NCBI GenBank assembly: GCA_964532235.1 | Contig: CAZHGY010000002.1 | Span: 1-49,850 of the forward strand | Direction: 5' to 3' | Origin: an uncultured Candidatus Saccharimonas sp. | GTDB lineage: Bacteria; Patescibacteriota; Saccharimonadia; Saccharimonadales; Saccharimonadaceae | DNA: 49,850 nucleotides | Part shown: positions 1 through 9,452 of the stretch, in pieces | Numbering within the stretch: the stretch's first letter is position 1 | Layout of the letters: each line of letters starts with the position of its first letter | Translations under genes and position numbers: made by a program | The notes under the pieces: generated by a model | Seen by the model: the letters and a program-made list of their open reading frames with translations, nothing else | Told to the model about the DNA's origin: nothing | The model's database searches: none

Positions 1-105
1 ACAAAGTGCAGAAACTGCGATAACTACGAAAATAATTAATATCGTTATTATTAGAAATCTTGGCTTCGATGTGATTTTGGAGTATAAATTATTAATTTTT
101 ATCAT
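1..105 (-). CDS. partial CDS (first 35 codons; continues past the left edge), membrane-anchored hypothetical protein
   Basis: Own translation from ATG at 105-103: MIKINNLYSKITSKPRFLIITILIIFVVIAVSALC..., open to position 1. A basic N-terminus is followed by a hydrophobic helix. It lies 18 nt downstream of the pilin-like gene. Absent from the ORF track because it is truncated. Confidence 0.35.
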   Translation of the reverse strand, partial: MIKINNLYSKITSKPRFLIITILIIFVVIAVSALC

Positions 106-122
106 ATTCTTCTAATCCTTGT

Positions 123-1892
123 TTAGGGTATTGTAATATAACCTGTGTCGGTGGTAATAAAATAAGGGTCGCTAGATTCAGTCGTATAGGGATTATAACA
201 TTTATATTGTCTCTTGGCTCCATACTTATCACCAGTAGTAAACGGGATATATTGGCCATAGGTATCCTTTATGTTTAAGCTTAGTTTAACTGGGTTAGTG
301 ACATAAAGCCATTCGCTTCCATCTTTAAAACTCCACCAAATATCACTGTGGCTATCTGCATACCAACTTCGTGTGCTCGAGTTTGGATTCCAATTGCCGT
401 ATACGTCAAATCTTGAGGCAAGATATATAGGATAATTTACCCCGTTTTCTATCACAGAGTGGCATGATGGGGCTGTTTTTGTCTCTATCCAAAGATTAAG
501 AGTATATTTGTTATCAGCCATAACTGGCCAAAAAGTTGTAGAATAATTAATTGGCGTGGGCGGCAGAACTGTTGCGACGTGTAATGCAAAATTATTATAA
601 TTGTCGCTCCATCCACTATAGATATTACTATTTTCATTACTAATACATTGCGCACGAATTGACGCCTGGGTGGTAAATCCATCTGGACCAAAGTAGTAGG
701 ATGTGCCTAGGTTCATAGAGCTCCATGTAGACGTAATTGCACCTCTAGAATATGGAGTACCGTTCCATGTATTTGATGCTTCTTGCACTATTTTTCTATA
801 CTCGTACTTAGCTGTTGTTCCAATTGGACAATTGACTGATGCATTGAAGGTACTGCTGTTTGTGGTTCTACCTACATCTATGCCTGTATAAAAATTCTCT
901 TCAGCAGAAGTAATTGTTGGTGCATTAATCTTGAAGTTAGCCGTACAAGTCTTGCTACTGTTCATTGTCAAGTTGTGGCTTGCTAAACCTGAACATCCAT
1001 CATCGCCTGTCCAGTTGGAGAATGTATAACCATCAAGGGCTGTGGCAAGAATATTTACAGAACTATTATCCTCATAAGTTCCTCCTCCTGTTAGCGTTCC
1101 GGATTTACTTAAGTTGATGTTGAGCGTCAGGGTGTATTCTAACCTGGTAGTTGCGTTAATATCCGACCAATCGCTGTCTGCATAATTAATATTATCGCCT
1201 ATGGCTTTTATACTCATGTAATATTTTGTGCCGGCGTTTAAATATTTCATAGAATAGGATAAATCGGTTTTATTCGGAGATTCCATATGAGTTAAAGCCG
1301 TCGAAAAATCCTTATCAGTTGAATATTTTAACATAAATTTTGTCGAATTGTTCGGTGTATACGGGCTCCAACCAAGGTCAATGTAGTGTGTGCCATTGGA
1401 AAGGATAGTTAAAATTGGAGCTGTGAGTTTGGCGATGTTTGGAGTCGATATAACAATTCGTCGGCTAGACACTGCTACTACATTCGCATTTTGTCCTTCG
1501 TTGAAATATTCTATTGTCCAGCTACCGTTACCTGTGTTGAAATGATAGTAAAATGCGTCATCGGTTGCAGATGGTTCGCTACATTTAATCGACGAACTAT
1601 TCGATTTTGGTGCTATTAGCACTTCTTGGTCAATATCTTTTAGTGGACTTGAGGCACCTAATAAGGTTGGGCAATCCGGATACTCACCATTCTTGTCATA
1701 GTACTTCTCTAACGCTTCGGCTATGATGGTTATCTGACTAGTTCTTTGATTATCACGAGTATTCTTTTGAACGCCAATATACGACACGACGCCAATAGTT
1801 GCTAATATTCCTATGGCAGTAACGACTGTTAAAACCTCGATCATAGTAAAGCCTTTGTGAGCTCTTTGTAGTCGTATAACTTTATTAGACAT
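123..1892 (-). CDS. large type IV pilin-like protein (prepilin-type N-terminal cleavage/methylation domain plus beta-rich C-terminal modules)
   Basis: The N-terminus QRAHKG|FTMIEVLTVVTAIGILATIGVVSY matches the class III signal (G|FTxxE plus hydrophobic helix). The C-terminal 500 aa include an FN3-like segment and an InlB-B-repeat-like segment (YTLTLN..GTLTGGGTY..GYTFSNWTG). Confidence 0.8.
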   Translation of the reverse strand: MSNKVIRLQRAHKGFTMIEVLTVVTAIGILATIGVVSYIGVQKNTRDNQRTSQITIIAEALEKYYDKNGEYPDCPTLLGASSPLKDIDQEVLIAPKSNSSSIKCSEPSATDDAFYYHFNTGNGSWTIEYFNEGQNANVVAVSSRRIVISTPNIAKLTAPILTILSNGTHYIDLGWSPYTPNNSTKFMLKYSTDKDFSTALTHMESPNKTDLSYSMKYLNAGTKYYMSIKAIGDNINYADSDWSDINATTRLEYTLTLNINLSKSGTLTGGGTYEDNSSVNILATALDGYTFSNWTGDDGCSGLASHNLTMNSSKTCTANFKINAPTITSAEENFYTGIDVGRTTNSSTFNASVNCPIGTTAKYEYRKIVQEASNTWNGTPYSRGAITSTWSSMNLGTSYYFGPDGFTTQASIRAQCISNENSNIYSGWSDNYNNFALHVATVLPPTPINYSTTFWPVMADNKYTLNLWIETKTAPSCHSVIENGVNYPIYLASRFDVYGNWNPNSSTRSWYADSHSDIWWSFKDGSEWLYVTNPVKLSLNIKDTYGQYIPFTTGDKYGAKRQYKCYNPYTTESSDPYFITTDTGYITIP

Positions 1893-1896
1893 ATCT

Positions 1897-2373
1897 TTAA
1901 TGATTCTTGCTGCTAAATGTTTTTATTTTGCCAGTGCTTTGGCTACGGTATTTTAAGGTAAAACTATCACAACCTTGAGTTGGATTAAGCACACACCCAT
2001 CATCACCTAAATAAGCGAACTTATCATCTGAATTACTAGCTTTTAAATCAGCACACTTTGGCAATATCGAATTATCGCCTACTTTATCGGTTGGTGACGA
2101 CAGTGCGCTAATACTGACATTCTTTAATGTTGCGACAATTTCTGATGATGTACCAGACATTAAATTGCAGCTAGGGTATGCCTTATTAGTCGAGTAATAC
2201 TTTTCCAGTGCAGATGCTATAGCCGTAATCTTATTTAGCCTAATCTGGTCAATCTGAACGTCATTTGCATGCGATTTATATATCATGCTTGATCCAATGA
2301 TCATTCCAATAATTGATAATATCGTCAAGAATTCGGTAACTGTAAATTTAAGACGGTCGGGCTTTTTTACCAT
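1897..2373 (-). CDS. small pilin-like protein with a non-canonical prepilin motif
   Basis: MVKKPDRLK|FTVTEFLTILSIIGMIIG has F+1 and E+5 plus a hydrophobic helix, but Lys instead of Gly at -1. The pilin-type helix continues (ITAIASALEKYY, compare IIAEALEKYY in the neighbour). It lies 4 nt upstream of the large pilin-like gene. Confidence 0.6.
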   Translation of the reverse strand: MVKKPDRLKFTVTEFLTILSIIGMIIGSSMIYKSHANDVQIDQIRLNKITAIASALEKYYSTNKAYPSCNLMSGTSSEIVATLKNVSISALSSPTDKVGDNSILPKCADLKASNSDDKFAYLGDDGCVLNPTQGCDSFTLKYRSQSTGKIKTFSSKNH

Positions 2374-2390
2374 AACCTTATTGTAGCAAA

Positions 2391-3698
2391 CTACTGGGTT
2401 AGGTCAATTACAATTAAGTGCTCTATATGTGGCGTACGTGGGAAAAAATTGTATCCGATATGATATTTTATGCTATATTTTTTGGCTAGCCGAGATATAT
2501 CACGGGCTTGTGTCACGGGGTTGCAAGATAAATATATAATTCTGGCTGGTTCAGCTTCTAATAATCTAGTAATAACATCTTCATGTAGTCCAGCTCGTGG
2601 TGGATCGACAATAATAGTTGAATTAGTGGTTATAGCATCTAGGACTTTTTCACTGGGTGCAAGGATTGCTTTTACGGCCTTCTCGCGTTCAAGTGACTTT
2701 ATGTTGCGCTTCATTTCTAGCACTGCTGACTCATTGATCTCAACTAACGTCACATCGTTGCCGCCGATTGTTAAGCCAATCGTGCCGACTCCGCTATATA
2801 GGTCTACGACTGGTTTCTCGGCAATTACCCACTGTTGCATATCTCGCAAAGCTTGTTCGTAAACTGGTATATTAATCTGAAAGAATCCTTCCACGGCATA
2901 GGTAAAAGGCACTCCAAGTATGGTATCTGTTAAATTGATTGTCCCCCACTGCTGCAACCGTTTTGTTATAACACTGGCTGGGCTTTCGGGATTTGAGAAG
3001 ATTAGTTCAAACCCACTGACGTTTAGTGATTTAATTTCCGATTCAGTTAATGGCACAAAGTCCGGATCTTTGACATACAATTGCATCGCGACTTGGCCAT
3101 CTTGGCTGCATCGGACTAGTAAAGTTTTCAGCATAAATCCTTTAACCGCGTCTTTTTGGCGCAAAATGTCTCGAATCGCTAGTGCGGCACGGTTAATGGC
3201 TGGATTGGCCAAGCTGGTTCCATCGACTGGTATCTTGCCATGTGTGCCACGTCGGAAAAACGCTAGGTCTAGCGTTGTTGTCTCTTTGTTCCAATACCAA
3301 CTGAACTCGACTTTGTTACGGTATTCGAACTGATTATTGTCACTAAAAACTTCAGTATCCCCCGCTAGGGTAATGTTATGTAATTTATATGCCGAGTTAA
3401 TCAGGTCAGCTTTAGCTTGTTGCTCGCTATCAAAATCCATGATTTGCCAAGGGCTGGTCGACATATAGCTATCGCTGTCGCGTGGCTCAATCCTTTGTTT
3501 TGACGGTTTAACCACCTCGGTCACCACACCTTCGGCCAACTTCGACTTCTTCTTGGTAATCTGGACATTAACATTCTCGCCTGGTAATCCGCCCCAGACA
3601 AACAGCTTGCAGCCGTCATCCATTGTGGCGATTGTTTGGCCACCGCCAACAATTGATTCCAAAGTGACGTTCGTAATTGGCAGTGTTTTATTCTTCAT
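2391..3698 (-). CDS. TRAM-domain RNA (uracil-C5)-methyltransferase, TrmA/RumA(RlmD) family
   Basis: The N-terminal part is TRAM-like (GENVNVQITKKKSKLAEGVV). SAM motif I is DLYSGVGTIGL. The DPPRAG motif and the C-terminal catalytic region (IIYLSCNPVTQARD) are typical of the family. Confidence 0.85.
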   Translation of the reverse strand: MKNKTLPITNVTLESIVGGGQTIATMDDGCKLFVWGGLPGENVNVQITKKKSKLAEGVVTEVVKPSKQRIEPRDSDSYMSTSPWQIMDFDSEQQAKADLINSAYKLHNITLAGDTEVFSDNNQFEYRNKVEFSWYWNKETTTLDLAFFRRGTHGKIPVDGTSLANPAINRAALAIRDILRQKDAVKGFMLKTLLVRCSQDGQVAMQLYVKDPDFVPLTESEIKSLNVSGFELIFSNPESPASVITKRLQQWGTINLTDTILGVPFTYAVEGFFQINIPVYEQALRDMQQWVIAEKPVVDLYSGVGTIGLTIGGNDVTLVEINESAVLEMKRNIKSLEREKAVKAILAPSEKVLDAITTNSTIIVDPPRAGLHEDVITRLLEAEPARIIYLSCNPVTQARDISRLAKKYSIKYHIGYNFFPRTPHIEHLIVIDLTQ

Positions 3699-3723
3699 TT
3701 GATTAGTATAACACTTTAGTCTG

Positions 3724-3732
3724 TGTTATAAT
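3724..3732 (+). promoter_or_regulatory. extended -10 promoter element (TGtTATAAT) for the micro-ORF
   Basis: Sequence tgttataat at 3724-3732. It overlaps the right arm of a perfect 8-bp inverted repeat, TATAACAC (3707-3714) / GTGTTATA (3723-3730). Confidence 0.4.
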
Positions 3733-3767
3733 CTGGTAAGTTATAAATTATAAAGACAGGAATAAAT

Positions 3768-3845
3768 ATGAAAAAAAGTAGGAAGAGCCACTCAGCTGAT
3801 ATCAAACGCGAGCGAGCACGTCGAGCAAAAGCCGCAAAACGATAG
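3768..3845 (+). CDS. candidate micro-protein, 25 aa, highly basic (MKKSRKSHSADIKRERARRAKAAKR)
   Basis: The ATG is preceded by AGGA (3758-3761) at 6-nt spacing. An extended -10 lies about 36 nt upstream and a hairpin terminator 19 nt downstream. Below the ORF-track size cut-off. Confidence 0.35.
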   Translation: MKKSRKSHSADIKRERARRAKAAKR

Positions 3846-3863
3846 ATTTGTAATATAAAAAAC

Positions 3864-3884
3864 AGCCCAAGATAACCTTGGGCT
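3864..3884. terminator. bidirectional intrinsic-terminator-like hairpin
   Basis: AGCCCAAG-ataac-CTTGGGCT, flanked by an A-run upstream and a T-rich tract downstream. It sits between the convergent micro-ORF (+) and the 3891..4502 gene (-). Confidence 0.5.
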
Positions 3885-3890
3885 ATTTAT

Positions 3891-4502
3891 TTACCACAGT
3901 TTAGAGACATCGACTCGCAGTATCCGAGCGATCAAATATTGAATTGCGAATAATATAATGCTGCAGCCAGCTAGCCATAGTCCGATAATGATAACGATTT
4001 CGTAATTGAATACGGGTTTTTCTACAAATTTTGATAATGCCATAGCTAAAATAGCCAATACAATTAATCCAGCTTTGACGGCAATAACTAATCTGGTCGT
4101 TAACTTAATATGCACTTTTTTAGTCTCTTTTTTGTGAGCAATCTTGGCTACTATCGGTGCTGCTGTTTCGGCGGTTTCGTGGACGATATTTTTGCTAGAA
4201 TTAAGTATAATTGAAGGCATTTTGAATATGACGTAAATCGTAAAGATTATCATTACAGAGATAATGATAATGGCCATAACCGTTAATGGCATACCTGATA
4301 TTGAGCTAGTGACAGTAGGCGTAATTGGTTTTGAAATCGATTCTGTGTCAATTTGATTTAGCAATAGATTTGAAAACGACTCGAAATATCCCGAATATAA
4401 TATTACAACCCATAACCACTGTAAAAAACAAAACAAATAGCCAAAAGCTCCAATAAAATTAGCAACTTTTGGTCTAATACTATTTGTTTTAGCCTTTACC
4501 AT
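3891..4502 (-). CDS. hypothetical integral membrane protein
   Basis: 203-aa ORF with at least four long hydrophobic segments. No recognisable family motif. Confidence 0.6.
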   Translation of the reverse strand: MVKAKTNSIRPKVANFIGAFGYLFCFLQWLWVVILYSGYFESFSNLLLNQIDTESISKPITPTVTSSISGMPLTVMAIIIISVMIIFTIYVIFKMPSIILNSSKNIVHETAETAAPIVAKIAHKKETKKVHIKLTTRLVIAVKAGLIVLAILAMALSKFVEKPVFNYEIVIIIGLWLAGCSIILFAIQYLIARILRVDVSKLW

Positions 4503-4561
4503 ATAATCAGGATACTAAATAACACAACCTTTAACAATTGTTTTGATAAGATAATAAAAAT

Positions 4562-4580
4562 GCCCAACACGAAGTTGGGC
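4562..4580 (-). terminator. intrinsic terminator downstream of 4594..5079
   Basis: GCCCAAC-acgaa-GTTGGGC. On the minus strand it is followed by TTTTTATT. It lies 14 nt after the stop codon. Confidence 0.6.
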
Positions 4581-4593
4581 TTATTGGGGGGCG

Positions 4594-5079
4594 TCACAAC
4601 AGCGGTGGTCCTAGTAGCACCGCTGTTGCCGCAATTGCTGGGTCCTCTTTTATCGGCCCCAAGTCGTACCGGTAATCGGAGGTGCTTTTCATATATAATC
4701 TGAGTACCGATAACTCACCAATCATGTTTAGGGTATCGTGCCCACACTGTAGGCCAATAAATATTTTTCCTTCAACTTGGCTCTCTTTAATCCGATATGG
4801 AACGCATAATCCGCCGTATCCACGAACAGCAATCCCCTCGGGAAGTGCGCCACTGGTGCTGAATACACCCTTCTCATGTACTATCGATGAAAAGAATCTT
4901 GCATCATAATCGTATTTCTCAGATGATGATATTGCTAATTCGCAAACTACATCATCTGGCATTCTACAGTCTTCCAATACCATAGACCACTTGTCTGTTC
5001 CGAGCAGTCTCTTTACTCCTTGGCTTATGGTGTCCGTCAAATAATCGGCTGATGAGCCACGTACGATTGAAAATTCCAT
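4594..5079 (-). CDS. hypothetical protein (161 aa), no family recognised
   Basis: Long ORF with its own terminator. GGAGG lies 8 nt upstream of the ATG (ggaatcatcggaggtaagtaatg on the minus strand). Confidence 0.6.
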   Translation of the reverse strand: MEFSIVRGSSADYLTDTISQGVKRLLGTDKWSMVLEDCRMPDDVVCELAISSSEKYDYDARFFSSIVHEKGVFSTSGALPEGIAVRGYGGLCVPYRIKESQVEGKIFIGLQCGHDTLNMIGELSVLRLYMKSTSDYRYDLGPIKEDPAIAATAVLLGPPLL

Positions 5080-5396
5080 TACTTACCTCCGATGATTCCA
5101 TATTACCTTGGCAGATAAATCTAGCCGTTGGTCAGCTATATTTTTTTGTAAAAATACAATTGACCAACGACTAAGCAAAGTCTTTGACGAGCACGAAGAT
5201 TACGAAAGCTACGAGAATCAATATATAATTAGACCCTATAACACCATTATGACACGGACTCGATAAATAGTCAATACGCACGGTGTTATTATATATAGAG
5301 TCTACAAGTTGAATACTCAACTTAATTGTAAATGCGCTATAATTAGTTACTATATCTTGGCATGAAAAGTGCAAATTATTAAAATAAGAGAAAAAG

Positions 5397-7154
5397 ATGA
5401 AACTACTTAAATACCTTAAGCCATATAAATGGCAACTACTAATACTTTTGATAGCTACCTATCTACAGGTAATGGCTAACTTGCAATTGCCAGATTACAT
5501 GGCAAAGATTGTTAATGACGGCATTATTCAGAAAAATAGTAGTGCGATTTATCAAAACGGTGGCTGGATGCTATTAATAACTTTGGCGGGCGCTGTTTGT
5601 TCAGTGATAGTCTTTTATCTGGCTTCACGAATTGCTACTGGCTTTGCGCAAGCCATCCGTACTAAGGTTTTTTCACAAGTGGAAAGCTTTTCGGTAGCCG
5701 AATTTGACAAGTTCTCTACTGCCTCTCTAATTACTAGAACAACTAATGATATTCAACAATTACAGATGGTAACGGTTATGATACTGCGAATGGTTTTGAT
5801 GGCACCATTCATGGCGGTTGGTGCGTTGCAAAAAGCTTTAGACAATGCCCCATCGCTTAGCTGGGTTATTGCATTAGCGACTGGCGTGATGATGGCTATA
5901 ATAATATTCTTATTTACGTTTGCGGTGCCAAAGTTTAAATTAGTGCAGAAATTAGTTGACCGATTAAATCTAGTAACTCGTGAGAACTTGACTGGGCTTC
6001 GGGTTATTCGAGCTTTTAATAAAGAGACCGCCGAGGAATCAAAGTTTGAACGTGTCAATGTTGATATTACGAAGCTTAATTTATTCATCAATCGATTAAT
6101 GGCTATGATGCAGCCTATAATGATGCTGGTTATGAACCTGTCGGTGATGTTAGTTGTATGGTTCGGAGCTAAGCTAATAAGTGGCGGTAGCATTCAAATT
6201 GGTAATATGATGGCATTCATGCAATATGCTGTGCAAGTTATTATGTCATTCTTGATGATATCGATAATATTTATTATGCTGCCACGAGCTCTCGTGTCGG
6301 CCAAGCGCATAGCGGAGGTAATTGCAACTGAGCCATCGATTACTGATCCAAAAAAAGCCACGAAACCTGACAAATATGGCAAGGGTCAAATTGAGTTTCG
6401 CGACGTAACATTTACTTATCCAGGGGCTGATCTGCCAGTTTTGACAGACATAAACTTTACGGCTGAGCCTGGTCAAACTACCGCGATTATTGGTAGTACT
6501 GGCAGTGGTAAATCTACACTGATCAATCTGATAGCTCGTTTTTATGATGTTTCGGCTGGTCAGATTCTGATTGATGGTATCGATATTCGAAAATTAAAGC
6601 TAACTGATTTATATAAACAAATCGGATATGTGCCACAAAAAGGCGTGTTATTCTCGGGTAGTGTAAAAAGTAATATTATGTATGGAAATACTAGCGCTTC
6701 TGATACGCGAGTGAAGAAAGCCGCTATGATTGCTCAGGCTGTAGAATTTATTAAGCATTTAGACGGTAATTATGAAAGTAATATCGCCCAAGGCGGAGCA
6801 AATGTTTCTGGCGGGCAAAAGCAAAGACTTTCGATCGCCAGAGCCTTAGCAGTTGATGCTAAAGTATTAATTTTTGACGACTCATTCTCTGCCCTAGATT
6901 TCAAGACGGATGCAAAACTACGACATGCATTAGTTGCGGAGACCAAGAATAAAACTGTGCTGATAGTTGGTCAGCGTATTAATACGATTTTAGATGCTGA
7001 CAAGATTATTGTCTTGGATGAAGGTCGAATTGTTGGTCAAGGAACGCATGCTGAGCTGATAAGAAACAACATAATTTACAAAGAGATTGCTTCGTCTCAG
7101 CTTTCAGATGATGAGCTGAAATCAATAACAAAAAGTAAAGGTTTGCAAAAATGA
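5397..7154 (+). CDS. ABC exporter, fused TMD-NBD half-transporter (degenerate-site subunit of a heterodimer)
   Basis: Six-TM domain, then Walker A GSTGSGKST, signature VSGGQKQRL and Walker B VLIFDD followed by S (the catalytic Glu is replaced). The stop overlaps the next start (ATGA at 7151-7154). Confidence 0.9.
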   Translation: MKLLKYLKPYKWQLLILLIATYLQVMANLQLPDYMAKIVNDGIIQKNSSAIYQNGGWMLLITLAGAVCSVIVFYLASRIATGFAQAIRTKVFSQVESFSVAEFDKFSTASLITRTTNDIQQLQMVTVMILRMVLMAPFMAVGALQKALDNAPSLSWVIALATGVMMAIIIFLFTFAVPKFKLVQKLVDRLNLVTRENLTGLRVIRAFNKETAEESKFERVNVDITKLNLFINRLMAMMQPIMMLVMNLSVMLVVWFGAKLISGGSIQIGNMMAFMQYAVQVIMSFLMISIIFIMLPRALVSAKRIAEVIATEPSITDPKKATKPDKYGKGQIEFRDVTFTYPGADLPVLTDINFTAEPGQTTAIIGSTGSGKSTLINLIARFYDVSAGQILIDGIDIRKLKLTDLYKQIGYVPQKGVLFSGSVKSNIMYGNTSASDTRVKKAAMIAQAVEFIKHLDGNYESNIAQGGANVSGGQKQRLSIARALAVDAKVLIFDDSFSALDFKTDAKLRHALVAETKNKTVLIVGQRINTILDADKIIVLDEGRIVGQGTHAELIRNNIIYKEIASSQLSDDELKSITKSKGLQK

Positions 7155-9163
7155 GTGATAATACAATAAATTCTACCTCAAAAAAACCAGCTGTTATGAC
7201 AGCTGGCGGTCCTATGATGATGGGCGGACGAGGCCCGGCCGAGAAGCCTAAAGATTTTAAGGGTACGATGAAGCGTTTAGTTGGATATCTACGACCATTT
7301 CGGCTAAAGGTTGTGTTGGTCATCTGCTTTGCGATTATTAGTACGGTTTTTGCAATTGTTAGTCCAAAGATATTAGGACATGCGACCAACCAAATAGTCG
7401 ATGATTATATTAGTATGACAGCTTATGATCAGGTTATGGCGAAGCTGCCAACTAGCATGAAGCAACTACCTGCTGGTACGACGGGTGCAGATTTAATTAA
7501 GGCTATGCCAGCCAAGGCTATAGCAAATATCTCTAGCGATAAGCTGGATATAATTAAATCGCTTGATTTGTCGAAACGCCCAGTTTTTAATTTTGATGCA
7601 ATCTGGGACATCATCTTCTTATTATTATTCCTATACATTGTCAGTGCCCTCTTCAGCTATATCCAAGGTTGGGTTATGTCCGGTGTGGCGCAGAAAATTA
7701 CGTATCAATTCCGTAAGGATATATCACAGAAAATCAATCGGCTGCCGTTAAGCTATTTCGATAAGCGTACTTATGGTGAAGTTCTTAGTCGCGTTACGAA
7801 TGATGTCGATACTGTCGGCCAGTCGTTAAATCAGAGCCTATCTCAGATCTTGACGTCGGTCATTATGATTATCGGAATTGCTACTATGATGTTGTCAATT
7901 AGTTGGTTGCTAACGATAGTAGCTATTATTATCTTACCGTTGAGTATGGTGCTGATTACAAAAATTATGAAACATTCCCAAGCACAGTTTGCAAAACAGC
8001 AGAGCTTATTAGGCGAAATAAATGGACATGTTGAAGAAATGTATTCTGGTCATGCCGTGATGCGAATCTTTAATGGTGAAAAAAAGTCAGTTAAAAAGTT
8101 TAATCTTATAAACGATAAGTTATACGCTAGCGCTTGGAAGGCTCAGTTCTTGTCCGGTATTATGTTTCCATTGATGACATTTGTCGGTAATCTAGGCTAT
8201 GTAGGAGTTGCAATTGTTGGCGGATGGCTGGCAATTAATGGCAAGATAAAAATTGGTGATATTCAAGCTTTTATTCAATATGTCCAGCAATTTAACCAGC
8301 CGATTACACAAACTGCTAACATTGCCAACGTTCTGCAATCAACTGCAGCCGCTGCCGAACGAGTTTTTCAGTTTTTGGGTGAAACTGAGGATGACAAGGA
8401 TGAAGGTCAAGTTCTGGAAATGAATAATGTTCGCGGCGAGATTGAATTTGACAATGTCGTCTTTGGCTACGACCCTGGTAAGAAGATTATCAAAGGCCTT
8501 TCGGCAAAAATCAAACCTGGTCAGCGCGTGGCGATTGTTGGCCCAACTGGTGCTGGCAAGACCACATTAGTTAATCTGTTGATGCGTTTTTATGAAGTAT
8601 CTAGTGGCTCGATTAAGATTGATGGAGTGGATATTCGCAACATAAAAAGATCAAGTGTGCGCAGATTGTTTGGCATGGTATTGCAGGATACTTGGTTGTT
8701 TAATGGTACGATTCGCGATAACATCACCTATGGCAAACCAGATGCTACTGAGGCCGAGATGATAACTGTCGCTAAGGAAGCTCATGTTGATCACTTTGTT
8801 CATTCCCTGCCTTCAGGTTACGATATGGAATTAAATGAGGAAATTAATAATATATCTCAGGGTGAGAAGCAGTTGTTGACAATTGCTCGTGCAATGCTTG
8901 CTGGCACGCCAATGCTGATTCTGGATGAGGCGACTAGTTCAGTCGATACTAGGACGGAAGTTTTAATTCAGAAAGCTATGGACAATTTGATGAAAAACAA
9001 AACCAGCTTTGTTATCGCCCACCGTTTGTCGACTATAAAGAATGCTGATTTGATCTTGGTTATGAAAGACGGTGATATTATTGAGCAAGGTAGTCACAAC
9101 GAACTAATAAAACAAGATGGCTTTTATGCTTCGTTATACAATAGCCAATTCACTGAGGCTTAA
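7151..9163 (+). CDS. ABC exporter, fused TMD-NBD half-transporter (consensus-site subunit)
   Basis: Walker A GPTGAGKTT and Walker B LILDEATS with the catalytic Glu. The signature is degenerate (ISQGEKQLL). A long extracytoplasmic insertion follows TM1. The pattern is that of LmrCD/BmrCD-type heterodimers. Confidence 0.9.
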   Translation: MSDNTINSTSKKPAVMTAGGPMMMGGRGPAEKPKDFKGTMKRLVGYLRPFRLKVVLVICFAIISTVFAIVSPKILGHATNQIVDDYISMTAYDQVMAKLPTSMKQLPAGTTGADLIKAMPAKAIANISSDKLDIIKSLDLSKRPVFNFDAIWDIIFLLLFLYIVSALFSYIQGWVMSGVAQKITYQFRKDISQKINRLPLSYFDKRTYGEVLSRVTNDVDTVGQSLNQSLSQILTSVIMIIGIATMMLSISWLLTIVAIIILPLSMVLITKIMKHSQAQFAKQQSLLGEINGHVEEMYSGHAVMRIFNGEKKSVKKFNLINDKLYASAWKAQFLSGIMFPLMTFVGNLGYVGVAIVGGWLAINGKIKIGDIQAFIQYVQQFNQPITQTANIANVLQSTAAAAERVFQFLGETEDDKDEGQVLEMNNVRGEIEFDNVVFGYDPGKKIIKGLSAKIKPGQRVAIVGPTGAGKTTLVNLLMRFYEVSSGSIKIDGVDIRNIKRSSVRRLFGMVLQDTWLFNGTIRDNITYGKPDATEAEMITVAKEAHVDHFVHSLPSGYDMELNEEINNISQGEKQLLTIARAMLAGTPMLILDEATSSVDTRTEVLIQKAMDNLMKNKTSFVIAHRLSTIKNADLILVMKDGDIIEQGSHNELIKQDGFYASLYNSQFTEA

Positions 9164-9244
9164 ATAATAACCATATCGTGTTCGTCAACTAAATTCTTTA
9201 TTATAAGAATTCGTTCAATAGCTGGCTCTATCGTATGTATTTTT

Positions 9245-9321
9245 GGCTGAAATTTAGCTAGTATTAATCGCGCTAGAAGACGTTTTAACATTATCAACAG
9301 GTTAAGATTAGACAAATGGGA
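9245..9321 (+). repeat. intergenic repeat family 'P', copy 1 (diverged, with an internal insertion)
   Basis: ggctga...ctagta...acaggttaagattagacaaatggga. The 3' 26 nt match copy 4 at 24/26 by hand count. It lies 132 nt downstream of the stop of the 578-aa minus-strand gene. Confidence 0.55.
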
Positions 9322-9452
9322 ATGAATCACTATATCTCGAAGTGTCTCATTTAATTATATGAACGATGACTTAATAAGCAGCACTAAATACTGCATTTAT
9401 GCCTGTAAATCAAGCGAGTAATATCTGGATTAGATAATTGCGTGATTTTTCT

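Noticed and set aside
2470-3333. Plus-strand ORFs 2470..2862 and 2920..3333. Similar antisense ORFs occur at 485..691, 5753..6476, 7006..7389, 36824..37423, 41255..42097, 44254..44541, 46370..46756, 47646..47963 and 49421..49714.
   Set aside because: All lie inside, and antisense to or out of frame with, longer ORFs that have clear family motifs. Their compositions are low-complexity shadow-ORF-like.
5171-5374. 67-aa minus-strand ORF in the divergent region upstream of the ABC exporter
   Set aside because: It has no SD and no family resemblance, and it occupies the probable promoter region.
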